A stretch of DNA of 32,000 bases from NCBI GenBank assembly GCA_001766815.1, contig LYOS01000001.1, positions 120,001 to 152,000 on the forward strand. Reading direction: 5' to 3'. Position 1 is the stretch's first letter, and the number at the start of each line of letters is the position of its first letter. The DNA is from Candidatus Syntropharchaeum caldarium (GTDB taxonomy: Archaea; Halobacteriota; Syntropharchaeia; Syntropharchaeales; Syntropharchaeaceae). Below are positions 16,816 through 24,846 of the stretch, piece after piece. The notes below the pieces were generated by a model. It searched no databases. It was not told the DNA's origin and saw only the letters and a program-made list of their open reading frames with translations. The position numbers and the translations under genes are program-made.

Positions 16816-19467
16816 ATGAATATAGGAAAGGAATATATAAATAGGTTTGGAAAAGGGATTGGCGCATCGCTTCTTGCGATGATAATGGTGCTTTCGATAG
16901 CAGTGGTGTTGAGCACACCTGCGAGCGCATTGCCTGTGCCGCCAGGAACCAACGGTATATACTGGCTGGAACCTGCTTCAAGCAGTGCACCGTACGGCGA
17001 CAGTGTAACACTCGATGTGTGGGTTAATTCCAGCATACCGCTCTTTGGAGGTACGTTTACAATAGAAACAGACCCTGACACGTGCGGCGAATTCGTGGTT
17101 GGAACATTCGATGACAACACAACTTATTTCGATATGGGGCACGCCATCATCGACGAGGAGAAGCATCGGCTGTTTATAGGCTACCAGACAGTAGGGTTTG
17201 TTGAAAGACCGCCCGGTCCTTACCACCTCGGCAGCTTCGAGATAAAATGCAACTCAACAAGTGCCTGCACAACAGACGTTGAGTACATACCAGATCTGCC
17301 AAACACCTACATAACAAACACATCGGGTAACTATGATACCGTGGAGCAGGACGCCACATTCGAATGCGAGGGACCACCAGTAATAACCGACTGGATGCAG
17401 TTCCACTACGACATTGCAAACACCGGGAACTCACCATCCAATGCACCAGACGACAACACCACGAAGTGGATCAGTGATAACATCGGCGCAGCGGCATCCT
17501 CACAGGCGATGATCGTCGGAGATAAGGTCTTTGTCTATGCTAATGATACGGTATATGCATTGAACAAGGCATCAGGTGCTGTGCTCTGGCAAACCTCAAT
17601 CCCGGGAGATACGCAAGGCTGGGGTTCATGGGCATCACCGGCATACGATGACGATATGCTCTTTGTAAGTGCAGGCTACAACCTAACGAAGCTAAACGCA
17701 ACGACTGGAGCAAAGTTACAGGAGATTGCATTCCCTGATGGTGGATACTCGTGTAACGGTGGTCCAACGGTTGCTGACGGCATGGTCTTTGCAGGCAGTG
17801 GTGGCGGTAATTACTATGCATTCGATGAGAACGATCTGAACACAGTTCTCTGGACATACGCAACTCCATCAGGAGGTAGTGCAGTTTCAACACCTGCTGT
17901 TGCTGACGGAAAGGTCGTGGTCGGCGAGATGACATGGGGTGGAGCATCTGTCTTATCCTGTATTGACGAGGCTACAGGATCCTTACTATGGTCAACCTCA
18001 CTCGTTGGGGATGTCGGCGGTTCTGCCGCAATCGATGCTATAAACAACAGGGTCTATGTTGCAACCTTCGTGGATTATATTGGCGATACCGGTAAGCTGT
18101 ATGCACTCGCTTTCGACACAGGAGCCATACAGTGGAGCGCGGACATAACCTATAGCGACTCAACACCAGCGATCTCAGGAGACTACATTTACGTCTCCGG
18201 GAGTGTTAATGCACCGGGTGTGACTTACTGCTTCAATCAGGCAGGCGCGCTTCAGTGGGATGTTCCCTGCGGAAGCTGGACAATGTCACCAGCGGTTGCA
18301 GACGGTAAGCTCTTCACTGGTAAGGTTGGAACGAACTGGGGAGCAGTAGATGGGATCTGTGTGTTTGATGCCCTGACAGGAGCACCAGTATGGTCAGACG
18401 ATGACGATGCAGGCTCATCACCCTCTGTTGCAGAGTCTGTTGGTATGGCAGTGAGTATCGGTAACGACGGTAAGGTCTATGCGTTCGGAACGCCTGAATC
18501 GGTTGATATATACGTTGAGCCAGAACTCACCAATATCGCACCGCAGGATCAGTTCGATGTTAACATCGTGATCGATCCGCACGGTATACCGATCTATGGT
18601 GTTGAGTACTACCTGACGTATGATACATCGATCGTCAGAGCTGAGTCCCAGGTGAAGGGACCGTTCCTTGGTCCGGCAAGTGATACGATCGTTGTTGTGA
18701 ACGAGATCGACCGCACGAACGGTATCGTCTCGTATGCCGAGACAAGAAAAGTACAGGGCGGTGTGACCGATCCAGGTGTCTCGTCTGTGATCCAGTTTAC
18801 AGCGATCGGACCTGCTGATACCTGCACAGACCTGAACCTGAGCGGTGTTATCATCGTTGATACAGGAAAGGAGCCAGTGCTATATGAGATCACGAACGGC
18901 AAAGCTTGCATAATTCTGAACAACCCACCAGAGGCAGCAGGATGCTCGAAGCACAGGATCAACAACGCACAGAAGAAGTTTGAGTGCCTTGCACAGCTCT
19001 GCTCAAATTCAACCGACGATGATGGTGACGATATCGTCTATATCAGATGGGCGTTTGGTGATGGTGAGTATGGGACAAGCGAAGGTCTTGGCGAGTGCCC
19101 GTGCAAGTTCCATTCCTACATCTCCTGGAACTGGGTGCCGTTCGGTGATCCAAACGGTGACTACGAGCCGTTCATCGTGAACCTGACGGTAACTGACAAC
19201 GGAGACCCACAGCTTGAGGATACCACCTCCTTCCCGGTAACGGTCTACATGGCAGGGGATGCGAACGGTGACGGCATGGTCAACATCATTGATGCGGTCT
19301 ATGTCGGTCTCAACTGGGGTGATACCTGCTCAGGTACAGGCTGCTGCGAGTACCTGTGGGCTACTGATGAAGACGCTGATGCTGCAGACCTGAACAACGA
19401 CTGCCAGGTGAACATCCTTGATGCAGTGATTGTCGGAACGATGTGGGGACACGAAGCCTGGTATTAG
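16816..19467 (+). CDS. secreted cohesin-like / PQQ-like propeller / cohesin / PKD / dockerin protein (gene B)
   Basis: SD GGAGGA 7 nt upstream. Signal peptide ..SLLAMIMVLSIAVVLSTPASA. A tentative N-terminal cohesin-like beta-sandwich. Propeller repeats (DKVFVYANDTVYALNKASGAVLW, GMVFAGSGGGNYYAFD, GKVVVGE..LSCIDEATGSLLW, NRVYVAT..GKLYALAFDTGAIQW, GKLFTG, GKVYAFG). Cohesin (FDVNIVIDPHGIPIYGVEYYLTYDTSIVRA). PKD (IRWAFGDGEYG...LTVTDNGDP). Dockerin (GDANGDGMVNIIDAVYVGLNWG ... ADLNNDCQVNILDAVIVGTMWG). The gene ends in TAG. Confidence 0.9.
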   Translation: MNIGKEYINRFGKGIGASLLAMIMVLSIAVVLSTPASALPVPPGTNGIYWLEPASSSAPYGDSVTLDVWVNSSIPLFGGTFTIETDPDTCGEFVVGTFDDNTTYFDMGHAIIDEEKHRLFIGYQTVGFVERPPGPYHLGSFEIKCNSTSACTTDVEYIPDLPNTYITNTSGNYDTVEQDATFECEGPPVITDWMQFHYDIANTGNSPSNAPDDNTTKWISDNIGAAASSQAMIVGDKVFVYANDTVYALNKASGAVLWQTSIPGDTQGWGSWASPAYDDDMLFVSAGYNLTKLNATTGAKLQEIAFPDGGYSCNGGPTVADGMVFAGSGGGNYYAFDENDLNTVLWTYATPSGGSAVSTPAVADGKVVVGEMTWGGASVLSCIDEATGSLLWSTSLVGDVGGSAAIDAINNRVYVATFVDYIGDTGKLYALAFDTGAIQWSADITYSDSTPAISGDYIYVSGSVNAPGVTYCFNQAGALQWDVPCGSWTMSPAVADGKLFTGKVGTNWGAVDGICVFDALTGAPVWSDDDDAGSSPSVAESVGMAVSIGNDGKVYAFGTPESVDIYVEPELTNIAPQDQFDVNIVIDPHGIPIYGVEYYLTYDTSIVRAESQVKGPFLGPASDTIVVVNEIDRTNGIVSYAETRKVQGGVTDPGVSSVIQFTAIGPADTCTDLNLSGVIIVDTGKEPVLYEITNGKACIILNNPPEAAGCSKHRINNAQKKFECLAQLCSNSTDDDGDDIVYIRWAFGDGEYGTSEGLGECPCKFHSYISWNWVPFGDPNGDYEPFIVNLTVTDNGDPQLEDTTSFPVTVYMAGDANGDGMVNIIDAVYVGLNWGDTCSGTGCCEYLWATDEDADAADLNNDCQVNILDAVIVGTMWGHEAWY

Positions 19468-19500
19468 AGTGGTTTAAAAACCACTCTTTTTTATTTTATT
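19466..19500 (+). terminator. hairpin plus oligo-T terminator after gene B
   Basis: AGAGTGGTTT-AA-AAACCACTCT forms a perfect 10-nt inverted repeat at 19466-19487. It is immediately followed by TTTTTTATTTTATT. Oligo-T tracts are archaeal termination signals. Confidence 0.55.
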
Positions 19501-19600
19501 ATGAGGTTTAAAAAATGGAGAAGGAAAACTTTGATGTGGATTATATCCTGGATAAAATGGCGAGTAGATTGGAAGTTGAGAATACCCTGACTCTGGGCTG

Positions 19601-19945
19601 CTATCTCTTATCATTGGACCAGAGAGCAGCATCAAATCTCATCGCTAATGCGAGGTATTCAGTATCATCATGGTCTGGACTTACCTTATTTGCTTCCTGC
19701 AGGAATCGTTCAAATTCCTGTCCTGGAATAATATCTATTCTTTCCTTTAATAAATTTACAAACTCGTTGAAATCATCCTCAGAAAGCGAAGATTTTGCTA
19801 TGATTTCATCCTTATGCTCTTCTAACTCTATAAATAAGAATTCAGGAGCAATTAGTTGGAGCCTTTCGGAAAACATCAGATCACATGTCTTGCTTCTGGC
19901 GATTATCGCTAAAAACAGGACGTTGGCATCCACGACCAGCAACAT
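19601..19945 (-). CDS. vapC: PIN-domain ribonuclease toxin (VapC-like), possibly truncated by an in-frame TAG
   Basis: MLLVVDANVLF.. carries the first acidic residue; later come IELEEH, DHDDTEYLALA and LWSNDKR. The gene lies 9 nt downstream of the antitoxin gene. The TAG stop is followed by 19 sense codons that still look family-like (see findings). Confidence 0.8.
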   Translation of the reverse strand: MLLVVDANVLFLAIIARSKTCDLMFSERLQLIAPEFLFIELEEHKDEIIAKSSLSEDDFNEFVNLLKERIDIIPGQEFERFLQEANKVSPDHDDTEYLALAMRFDAALWSNDKR

Positions 19946-19954
19946 CTTAAGATC

Positions 19955-20200
19955 TCACTTTAACCCAGGATACAGTTCTTTGTATCGTTCGTGTAATCCC
20001 TTGTTTATTTTTCTTCCGAGTTCCAGAGCATCCTTCTCGGTTAATGCGCTCTTAGATGCCATGGACTTTAACCTGGCTAATTTTGAAGCCTGCTCACGAA
20101 TAGCATCTCTTGCCACCTTTGACCAGTCTATAAATGATGTTTTATCCATCTCCTGCTTCAAATCCTCTGGTATCACAACCTTTATCTCTGCCATTCCCAT
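19955..20200 (-). CDS. vapB: VapB-like antitoxin (small helical protein upstream of PIN toxin)
   Basis: 81 aa, MGMAEIKVVIPEDLKQEMDKTSFIDWSKVARDAIREQASKLARLK...LTEKDALELGRKI. Assignment rests on position and size immediately upstream of the PIN gene, the typical type II TA arrangement. The fold was not identified. Confidence 0.6.
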   Translation of the reverse strand: MGMAEIKVVIPEDLKQEMDKTSFIDWSKVARDAIREQASKLARLKSMASKSALTEKDALELGRKINKGLHERYKELYPGLK

Positions 20201-20299
20201 CGCCTGTAACTATATTGATCACGTCTGCATAAATAATCTCTCATCGGGTGCGATCAATATCGCATATCAGGTTAACCTGGTAGGAATGGGAGGTGCTGC

Positions 20300-21334
20300 A
20301 TGTTAGCCCGGCCTGAGCAGTTTAAACCACGCACTGTCATATTTATCCTTCTGATCGGCTTGATGCTCCTATCGTTCATGATAACAGGTGCTGAGGCTGC
20401 CATCATTGAGGTTGTGCCATCAGATCAGGATATACATAAGGGTGAGGAGTTCACGGTAGATATCGTGGTTAGCCCGGGGGGAGGTGAGGTCTACGGTGTT
20501 CAGTATCTACTCGTATTCAACAAGAGCGTAGTAAAAGCAGAGACACAGGTTAAGGGTGGATTTCTGACATCGGATGGCAATGAGTCAGAGATCGTTGTGA
20601 ACACACTCAACAATACTGAAGGTTGGGTTGAGTATTCAGAGACGAGAATCAATACGACGGCTGGTGTAACGGCGAATGGGACGCTTGCAACCGTGACGTT
20701 TACAGCAACAGGTGATAAAGGAGCTTTATCATATCTGAACTTGAGTGAGGTGATCATGACAGATCTTAACTTCACTGCGATCGACTGTATGAGAGCAAAT
20801 GGTAGTGTAACGATCACAGAGAATGAGCCACCGGTTGCAAACGCAATTATCTATGATGATTACAATAATGTAGGCTCAAAACACCTCTGTAAGGTTTACT
20901 TCGATGGTTCAGGATCGCATGATCCAGATGGTGAGATCGCCTCTTATAGCTGGAGCTTCGGAGACGGTACGTATGATACGGATGTAACATGTGAGCATGT
21001 ATACGGATCCTGGAACTGGAATGGCACTGGTTATGAACCGTTTCACGCATCGCTCACCGTCACAGATGATGGGATTCTCCCGCAGGTGAACACGTCTTAC
21101 TTTGATGTGGTGGTCTATATTGCTGGTGATGCGAACGGTGACGGCACGGTGAATATCGTGGATGCTTCGATCGTTGGCTATGAGTGGGGACGGGTGTGTT
21201 CTCCGCCTGATGTGTGCTGGCGAGATCTTCCACAAGGAGCATGGGCAGACCGTGCAGATCTCAACAATGATCATGAGGTGAACATCCTTGACATGGTCAT
21301 CATCGGAACACGGTGGAAGGATACGGCATGGTAA
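20300..21334 (+). CDS. secreted cohesin / PKD / dockerin protein (gene C)
   Basis: SD GGGAGGTG upstream. Signal peptide (VIFILLIGLMLLSFMITGAEA). Cohesin (FTVDIVVSPGGGEVYGVQYLLVFNKSVVKAETQVKGGFL...ATVTFTATG). PKD (YSWSFGDGTY...LTVTDDG). Dockerin (GDANGDGTVNIVDASIVGYEWG ... ADLNNDHEVNILDMVIIGTRW). It is a paralogue of the C-terminal half of gene B. Confidence 0.9.
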   Translation: MLARPEQFKPRTVIFILLIGLMLLSFMITGAEAAIIEVVPSDQDIHKGEEFTVDIVVSPGGGEVYGVQYLLVFNKSVVKAETQVKGGFLTSDGNESEIVVNTLNNTEGWVEYSETRINTTAGVTANGTLATVTFTATGDKGALSYLNLSEVIMTDLNFTAIDCMRANGSVTITENEPPVANAIIYDDYNNVGSKHLCKVYFDGSGSHDPDGEIASYSWSFGDGTYDTDVTCEHVYGSWNWNGTGYEPFHASLTVTDDGILPQVNTSYFDVVVYIAGDANGDGTVNIVDASIVGYEWGRVCSPPDVCWRDLPQGAWADRADLNNDHEVNILDMVIIGTRWKDTAW

Positions 21335-21397
21335 TGAATAATAAAAAGCAGGTAAGTTTAAGATTAACTTAAATAAATAAGATTTAAAACAAAAAGG

Positions 21398-21408
21398 TTT
21401 ATATAAAA
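21398..21408 (+). promoter_or_regulatory. candidate BRE/TATA promoter for genes D-H
   Basis: AAAGG-TTTATATAAAA lies in the 127-nt AT-rich gap after gene C, about 55 nt upstream of ATG 21462. Genes D to H follow with gaps of 6-13 nt. Confidence 0.4.
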
Positions 21409-21461
21409 GAGGCTTGATGAATCGTATACTAAATTGATTAAAATGGTTGGAGGTAAGTGAA

Positions 21462-22250
21462 ATGATAAAGAGAATCATCGTTGTTTTTCTCATAGCAGGG
21501 ATTTTAATCGTCTCTTCTGTAACCTCTGCAGCAGGTACAGATGCACTGGTAAAAGTTGTACCGGCATCGATAGATGCATCTGTGGGTGACGAGTTCACGG
21601 TTGAGGTAGTCGTTGATCCTGCAGGTGCTGATGTTTACGGGGTACAGTACGATCTTGTCTTTGATCCGGCGGTGCTTCAGGTTGTAAATCAGACCGCAGG
21701 AGATTTCCTGAGCCAGGATGGCGCGAACACAATCGAGGTTGTAAACAGGTTCAACAACACCGCTGGTAAGCTTGAGTACGGTGAAACCCGAATGGGTGTT
21801 GAGGGTGGTGTGACAGACCCTGGTGTACTTACCAGAATCACCTTCAGGGTGGTGGGTGATCATGGATCAAATCTCAAGCTGGAAGATGTGATTGTGAGCA
21901 ATCCAGAGGCACAACCACTGGATATATCGGTTGAGGATGGAGTCTGTTTGGTTGGTGGAAACACGCCAGGTGCAACACTGACTGCGACCCAGACGGGAGG
22001 TACATCCATACCAATACCGACTGTGACCGTAACAGGGACTGCAACAACCGTGGTGACCGCAACCACGACGCCACCGGCAACCTCAACAACGCCCGAGAAG
22101 ACTGGTACACCTGTAGCCACACCCGTTCATACAGAAGAACCAGAATCAACCCCTGCTGCAACCACAACACCGAATACACCAGGCTTTGGTCTGGTTATTG
22201 CAGGAATCGGCATCATGATGATCGCATACGCGTTTAAGAGGAGGATTTGA
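21462..22250 (+). CDS. cohesin-only surface protein with Thr/Pro stalk and PGF-CTERM anchor (gene D; putative anchoring scaffoldin)
   Basis: The track start is TTG 21447; ATG 21462 follows the SD GGAGGT. Signal peptide MIKRIIVVFLIAGILIVSSVTSAAG. Cohesin (FTVEVVVDPAGADVYGVQYDLVFDPAVLQVVNQTAGDFL...ITFRVVG). T/P-rich linker (TVTVTGTATTVVTATTTPPATSTTPEKTGTP..). PGFGLVIAGIGIMMIAYAFKRRI at 22179-22247. No dockerin is present. Confidence 0.9.
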   Translation: MIKRIIVVFLIAGILIVSSVTSAAGTDALVKVVPASIDASVGDEFTVEVVVDPAGADVYGVQYDLVFDPAVLQVVNQTAGDFLSQDGANTIEVVNRFNNTAGKLEYGETRMGVEGGVTDPGVLTRITFRVVGDHGSNLKLEDVIVSNPEAQPLDISVEDGVCLVGGNTPGATLTATQTGGTSIPIPTVTVTGTATTVVTATTTPPATSTTPEKTGTPVATPVHTEEPESTPAATTTPNTPGFGLVIAGIGIMMIAYAFKRRI

Positions 22251-22256
22251 GTTAAA

Positions 22257-22946
22257 ATGCGAGAGATCCTCACCACTTTTATCGTAGCACTCTGCTCTAT
22301 CGGTGTTCTATCGGTATCAACAGCGCTTGGTGGACCGATTGTAAGCGTTGACCCTCCAGACCTCAACGGTTTAAAAGGAGAGACATTCACCGTAAATATC
22401 ACCATCGATCCACAGGGTGAAGCGATTTACGGTGCACAGTATGACCTTTACTTTGATCCAGCTGTGCTTCAGGTTGTAAGCCAGACAAAAGGTGATTTCC
22501 TGACACAGGACGGTGCAAGCTCGATCGAGATCGTGAATACGTTCAACAACACCATTGGTAGACTTGAGTATAGTGAGACGAGGATAGGAACATCCGATGG
22601 TGTGACTGGTGCAGGTGTGCTTGCCATGATCACATTCAATCTTACTAACTGCGGATCATCAGATCTTACGCTATCAAATGTGATTCTGGCAAACACTTCA
22701 GCTCAACCGATCTCAGGTGTCAGGCTCAATAATTCAACTGTTCATGGACTTATACGTGGAGATCTTGCCCCGTATCCAGATGGTAACTGTGTGTTAAATA
22801 TGGGAGATGTAATCCGTCTTTTAAATTACATACACGATGAAGAAAAGTATCCTGTCAACGAATATCTTGCTGATCTCAACCTGGATGGTGAGATCGATGT
22901 GGATGATGTGATGCTCCTGCTATCGTATGTGGGAGAAGAAGAATAA
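22257..22946 (+). CDS. secreted cohesin / dockerin-like protein (gene E)
   Basis: Starts 6 nt after gene D. Signal peptide, then cohesin (FTVNITIDPQGEAIYGAQYDLYFDPAVLQVVSQTKGDFL). The C-terminal dockerin-like module has a degenerate first repeat (GDLAPYPDGNCVLNMGDVIRLLNYI) and a canonical second repeat (ADLNLDGEIDVDDVMLLLSYV). Confidence 0.85.
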   Translation: MREILTTFIVALCSIGVLSVSTALGGPIVSVDPPDLNGLKGETFTVNITIDPQGEAIYGAQYDLYFDPAVLQVVSQTKGDFLTQDGASSIEIVNTFNNTIGRLEYSETRIGTSDGVTGAGVLAMITFNLTNCGSSDLTLSNVILANTSAQPISGVRLNNSTVHGLIRGDLAPYPDGNCVLNMGDVIRLLNYIHDEEKYPVNEYLADLNLDGEIDVDDVMLLLSYVGEEE

Positions 22947-22959
22947 AGAGGTGATTGAG

Positions 22960-24846
22960 GTGAAAAAGTTTGGAATGAAGGTTTTGACGGTTTTTATAGC
23001 CATAGTATGTGTATTGCAGGTTGTAACGATTTCAGTGGCAGCAGGACCGACCGTAACAATTGATAGCCTTGATGTATCCCCTGGTGCGATGTTCACGATC
23101 GATATAACGGTCGATCCACAGGGTGAAGCGATTTACGGAGTGCAGTATGACCTTTACTTTGATCCAGCTGTGCTTCAGGTTGTAAGCCAGACAAAAGGCA
23201 ATTTTCTGACACAGGACGGTGCAAGCTCGATCGAGATCGTGAATACGTTCAACAACACGCTTGGAAAGCTCGAGTACGGTGAAACACGGATGGGAGTGGA
23301 GAATGGCGTGACTGGCACAGGTACACTTGCACGGGTCACGTTTGAGGCTGTTGGAACCGGATCAATAGATCTCACACTCTCAAACGTGCTCTTAAGTAAT
23401 CCATCTGCTCAACCTATTGCTGGTGTTGTGCTCAGTGACGGCGTGGTCAATGTTGTGGAATCACAACCAAGTATGATAGATCTCACGCCAACCGCCCTCA
23501 GCATCCCTGATCCAATCTATCTTGACCATGACTACATAGTAGATGCAACAATCTCCAATCTTGAATCAGGTGATGCTTCATCCTTCAATGTCACGTTAAA
23601 GGCTGATGGGATGATTGTGGATGATAAAAGAGTTGACAGTCTTGCTGGGGATAGCGATATCACTGTGATCTTTAACTGGAAGCCAGCTACTATTGGAACC
23701 AGTACACTTCTTGTTGAAGTCGATCCAGATGATGAGATTGCTGAAACCGACGAGCTTAACAATACGCTGAGTGCAACCGTGGACGTAGTTGAAGCAGCAG
23801 GACCGACTGTTACGGTTGATAGCCTTGATGTATCCCCTGGTGAGACGTTCACGATCGATATAACGGTCGATCCACAGGGTGAAGAGATTTACGGAGCACA
23901 GTATGACCTTTACTTTGATCCAGCTGTGCTTCAGGTTGTGAGCCAGACTGCGGGCGACTTCTTGACACAGGACGGTGCAAGCTCGATCGAGGTCGTGAAC
24001 ACGATCAACAACACGCTTGGAAAGCTCGAGTACGGTGAAACACGGATGGGAGTGGAGAATGGCGTGACTGGCACAGGTGTGCTTGCCACGATCGAATTCG
24101 AGGCTGTTGAAACTGGATCAACCAATCTCACACTCTCAAACGTGCTCTTAAGCGATCCAAGTGCACAGCCCATTGCTGGTGTTGTGCTCAATAATGGGGT
24201 GGTCAATGTTGTATCAGGGACACCCACTCCAACCCCAACACCTACAGGAGGTGCAATCGTAACGATCCCTGACGTTGCAGCAACAGGAACACTCACAGCC
24301 CCGATCAGAATCGAGAATGTCACAGATGCAGGTGCAATCCATCTGACGCTCACCTATGATCCTGATGTTGTTATCGTATCAGGTGCATGCTGCAACTCAG
24401 ACTTTGACACACTATTCGCAAACACCGAGGACGCAGCAAGAGGATCTATCACCCTCATCGCATACCAGACCCAAAACCCAGGTCTGAACGGTGATGTACT
24501 CGTTGCAGACGTGACTTTTATGGTGGTTGGCTCGATCGGCTCGTCAACCCCGCTCAATCTGACGGTTACAACCCTGACCGATGCAAGTCCAGCGTGTAAT
24601 CCGATCCCCTACTCAGTCAGCAATGGAAGCTTCACGGTATTCTTAAACGGCGACGTGAACGGTGATGGCAGGGTCGATGCTGCAGACTGCATGTACCTTG
24701 CAAAACACCTGCTCGGGGTCTCAGGTTTTGAGACGATCGTTGAGGTTGCAGCAGATGTCAATGGTAACGGCGAGATCGAGGCATCAGACTGCATGTACCT
24801 TGCAAAGCATCTTGCAGGGATTGACGGATTTGAGGAGTTGAAGTAG
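22960..24846 (+). CDS. secreted cohesin / CARDB / cohesin / cohesin(type II) / dockerin protein (gene F)
   Basis: The track ORF starts at ATG 22927 inside gene E. GTG 22960 lies 5 nt after the SD GAGGTGA and gives a normal signal peptide (KKFGMKVLTVFIAIVCVLQVVTISVAAG). Approximate modules: cohesin 23041-23460; CARDB 23461-23796 (..FNVTLKADG..FNWKP..VDPDDEIAETDELNN); cohesin 23797-24216; TPTPTPTPT linker ~24220-24246; second-type cohesin ~24250-24640 (AGAIHLTLTYDPDVVIVSGACCNSDFD); dockerin ~24645-24835 (GDVNGDGRVDAADCMYLAKHL / ADVNGNGEIEASDCMYLAKHL). The gene ends in TAG. Confidence 0.9.
   Translation: MKKFGMKVLTVFIAIVCVLQVVTISVAAGPTVTIDSLDVSPGAMFTIDITVDPQGEAIYGVQYDLYFDPAVLQVVSQTKGNFLTQDGASSIEIVNTFNNTLGKLEYGETRMGVENGVTGTGTLARVTFEAVGTGSIDLTLSNVLLSNPSAQPIAGVVLSDGVVNVVESQPSMIDLTPTALSIPDPIYLDHDYIVDATISNLESGDASSFNVTLKADGMIVDDKRVDSLAGDSDITVIFNWKPATIGTSTLLVEVDPDDEIAETDELNNTLSATVDVVEAAGPTVTVDSLDVSPGETFTIDITVDPQGEEIYGAQYDLYFDPAVLQVVSQTAGDFLTQDGASSIEVVNTINNTLGKLEYGETRMGVENGVTGTGVLATIEFEAVETGSTNLTLSNVLLSDPSAQPIAGVVLNNGVVNVVSGTPTPTPTPTGGAIVTIPDVAATGTLTAPIRIENVTDAGAIHLTLTYDPDVVIVSGACCNSDFDTLFANTEDAARGSITLIAYQTQNPGLNGDVLVADVTFMVVGSIGSSTPLNLTVTTLTDASPACNPIPYSVSNGSFTVFLNGDVNGDGRVDAADCMYLAKHLLGVSGFETIVEVAADVNGNGEIEASDCMYLAKHLAGIDGFEELK
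23041..24216 (+). repeat. intragenic duplication in gene F: cohesin module repeated with a 756-nt period
   Basis: 23041.. (gcaggaccgaccgtaacaattgatagccttgatgtatcccctggtg..) aligns with 23797.. (gcaggaccgactgttacggttgatagccttgatgtatcccctggtg..). Similarity stays high through ..tatgacctttactttgatccagctgtgcttcaggttgt.. Confidence 0.85.
23731..24600 (+). repeat. diverged (~90% falling to ~70%) homologue of 30021-30881, directly upstream of the exact repeat
   Basis: By-eye alignment: 23731 aligns with 30021 (offset 6290). A 9-nt indel in the linker (TPTPTPTPT vs PPPPPP) resets the offset to 6281. The last ~60 nt before 24601/30882 are only about two-thirds identical. Confidence 0.85.

Noticed and set aside
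19515-20306. 263-aa plus-strand ORF spanning the vapBC region
   Set aside because: It is exactly antisense to two well-formed minus-strand genes (antitoxin plus PIN toxin with a 9-nt gap). Its sequence is low-complexity and Ser/Leu/Asn-rich, with no SD and no recognisable motif. It is a shadow ORF.
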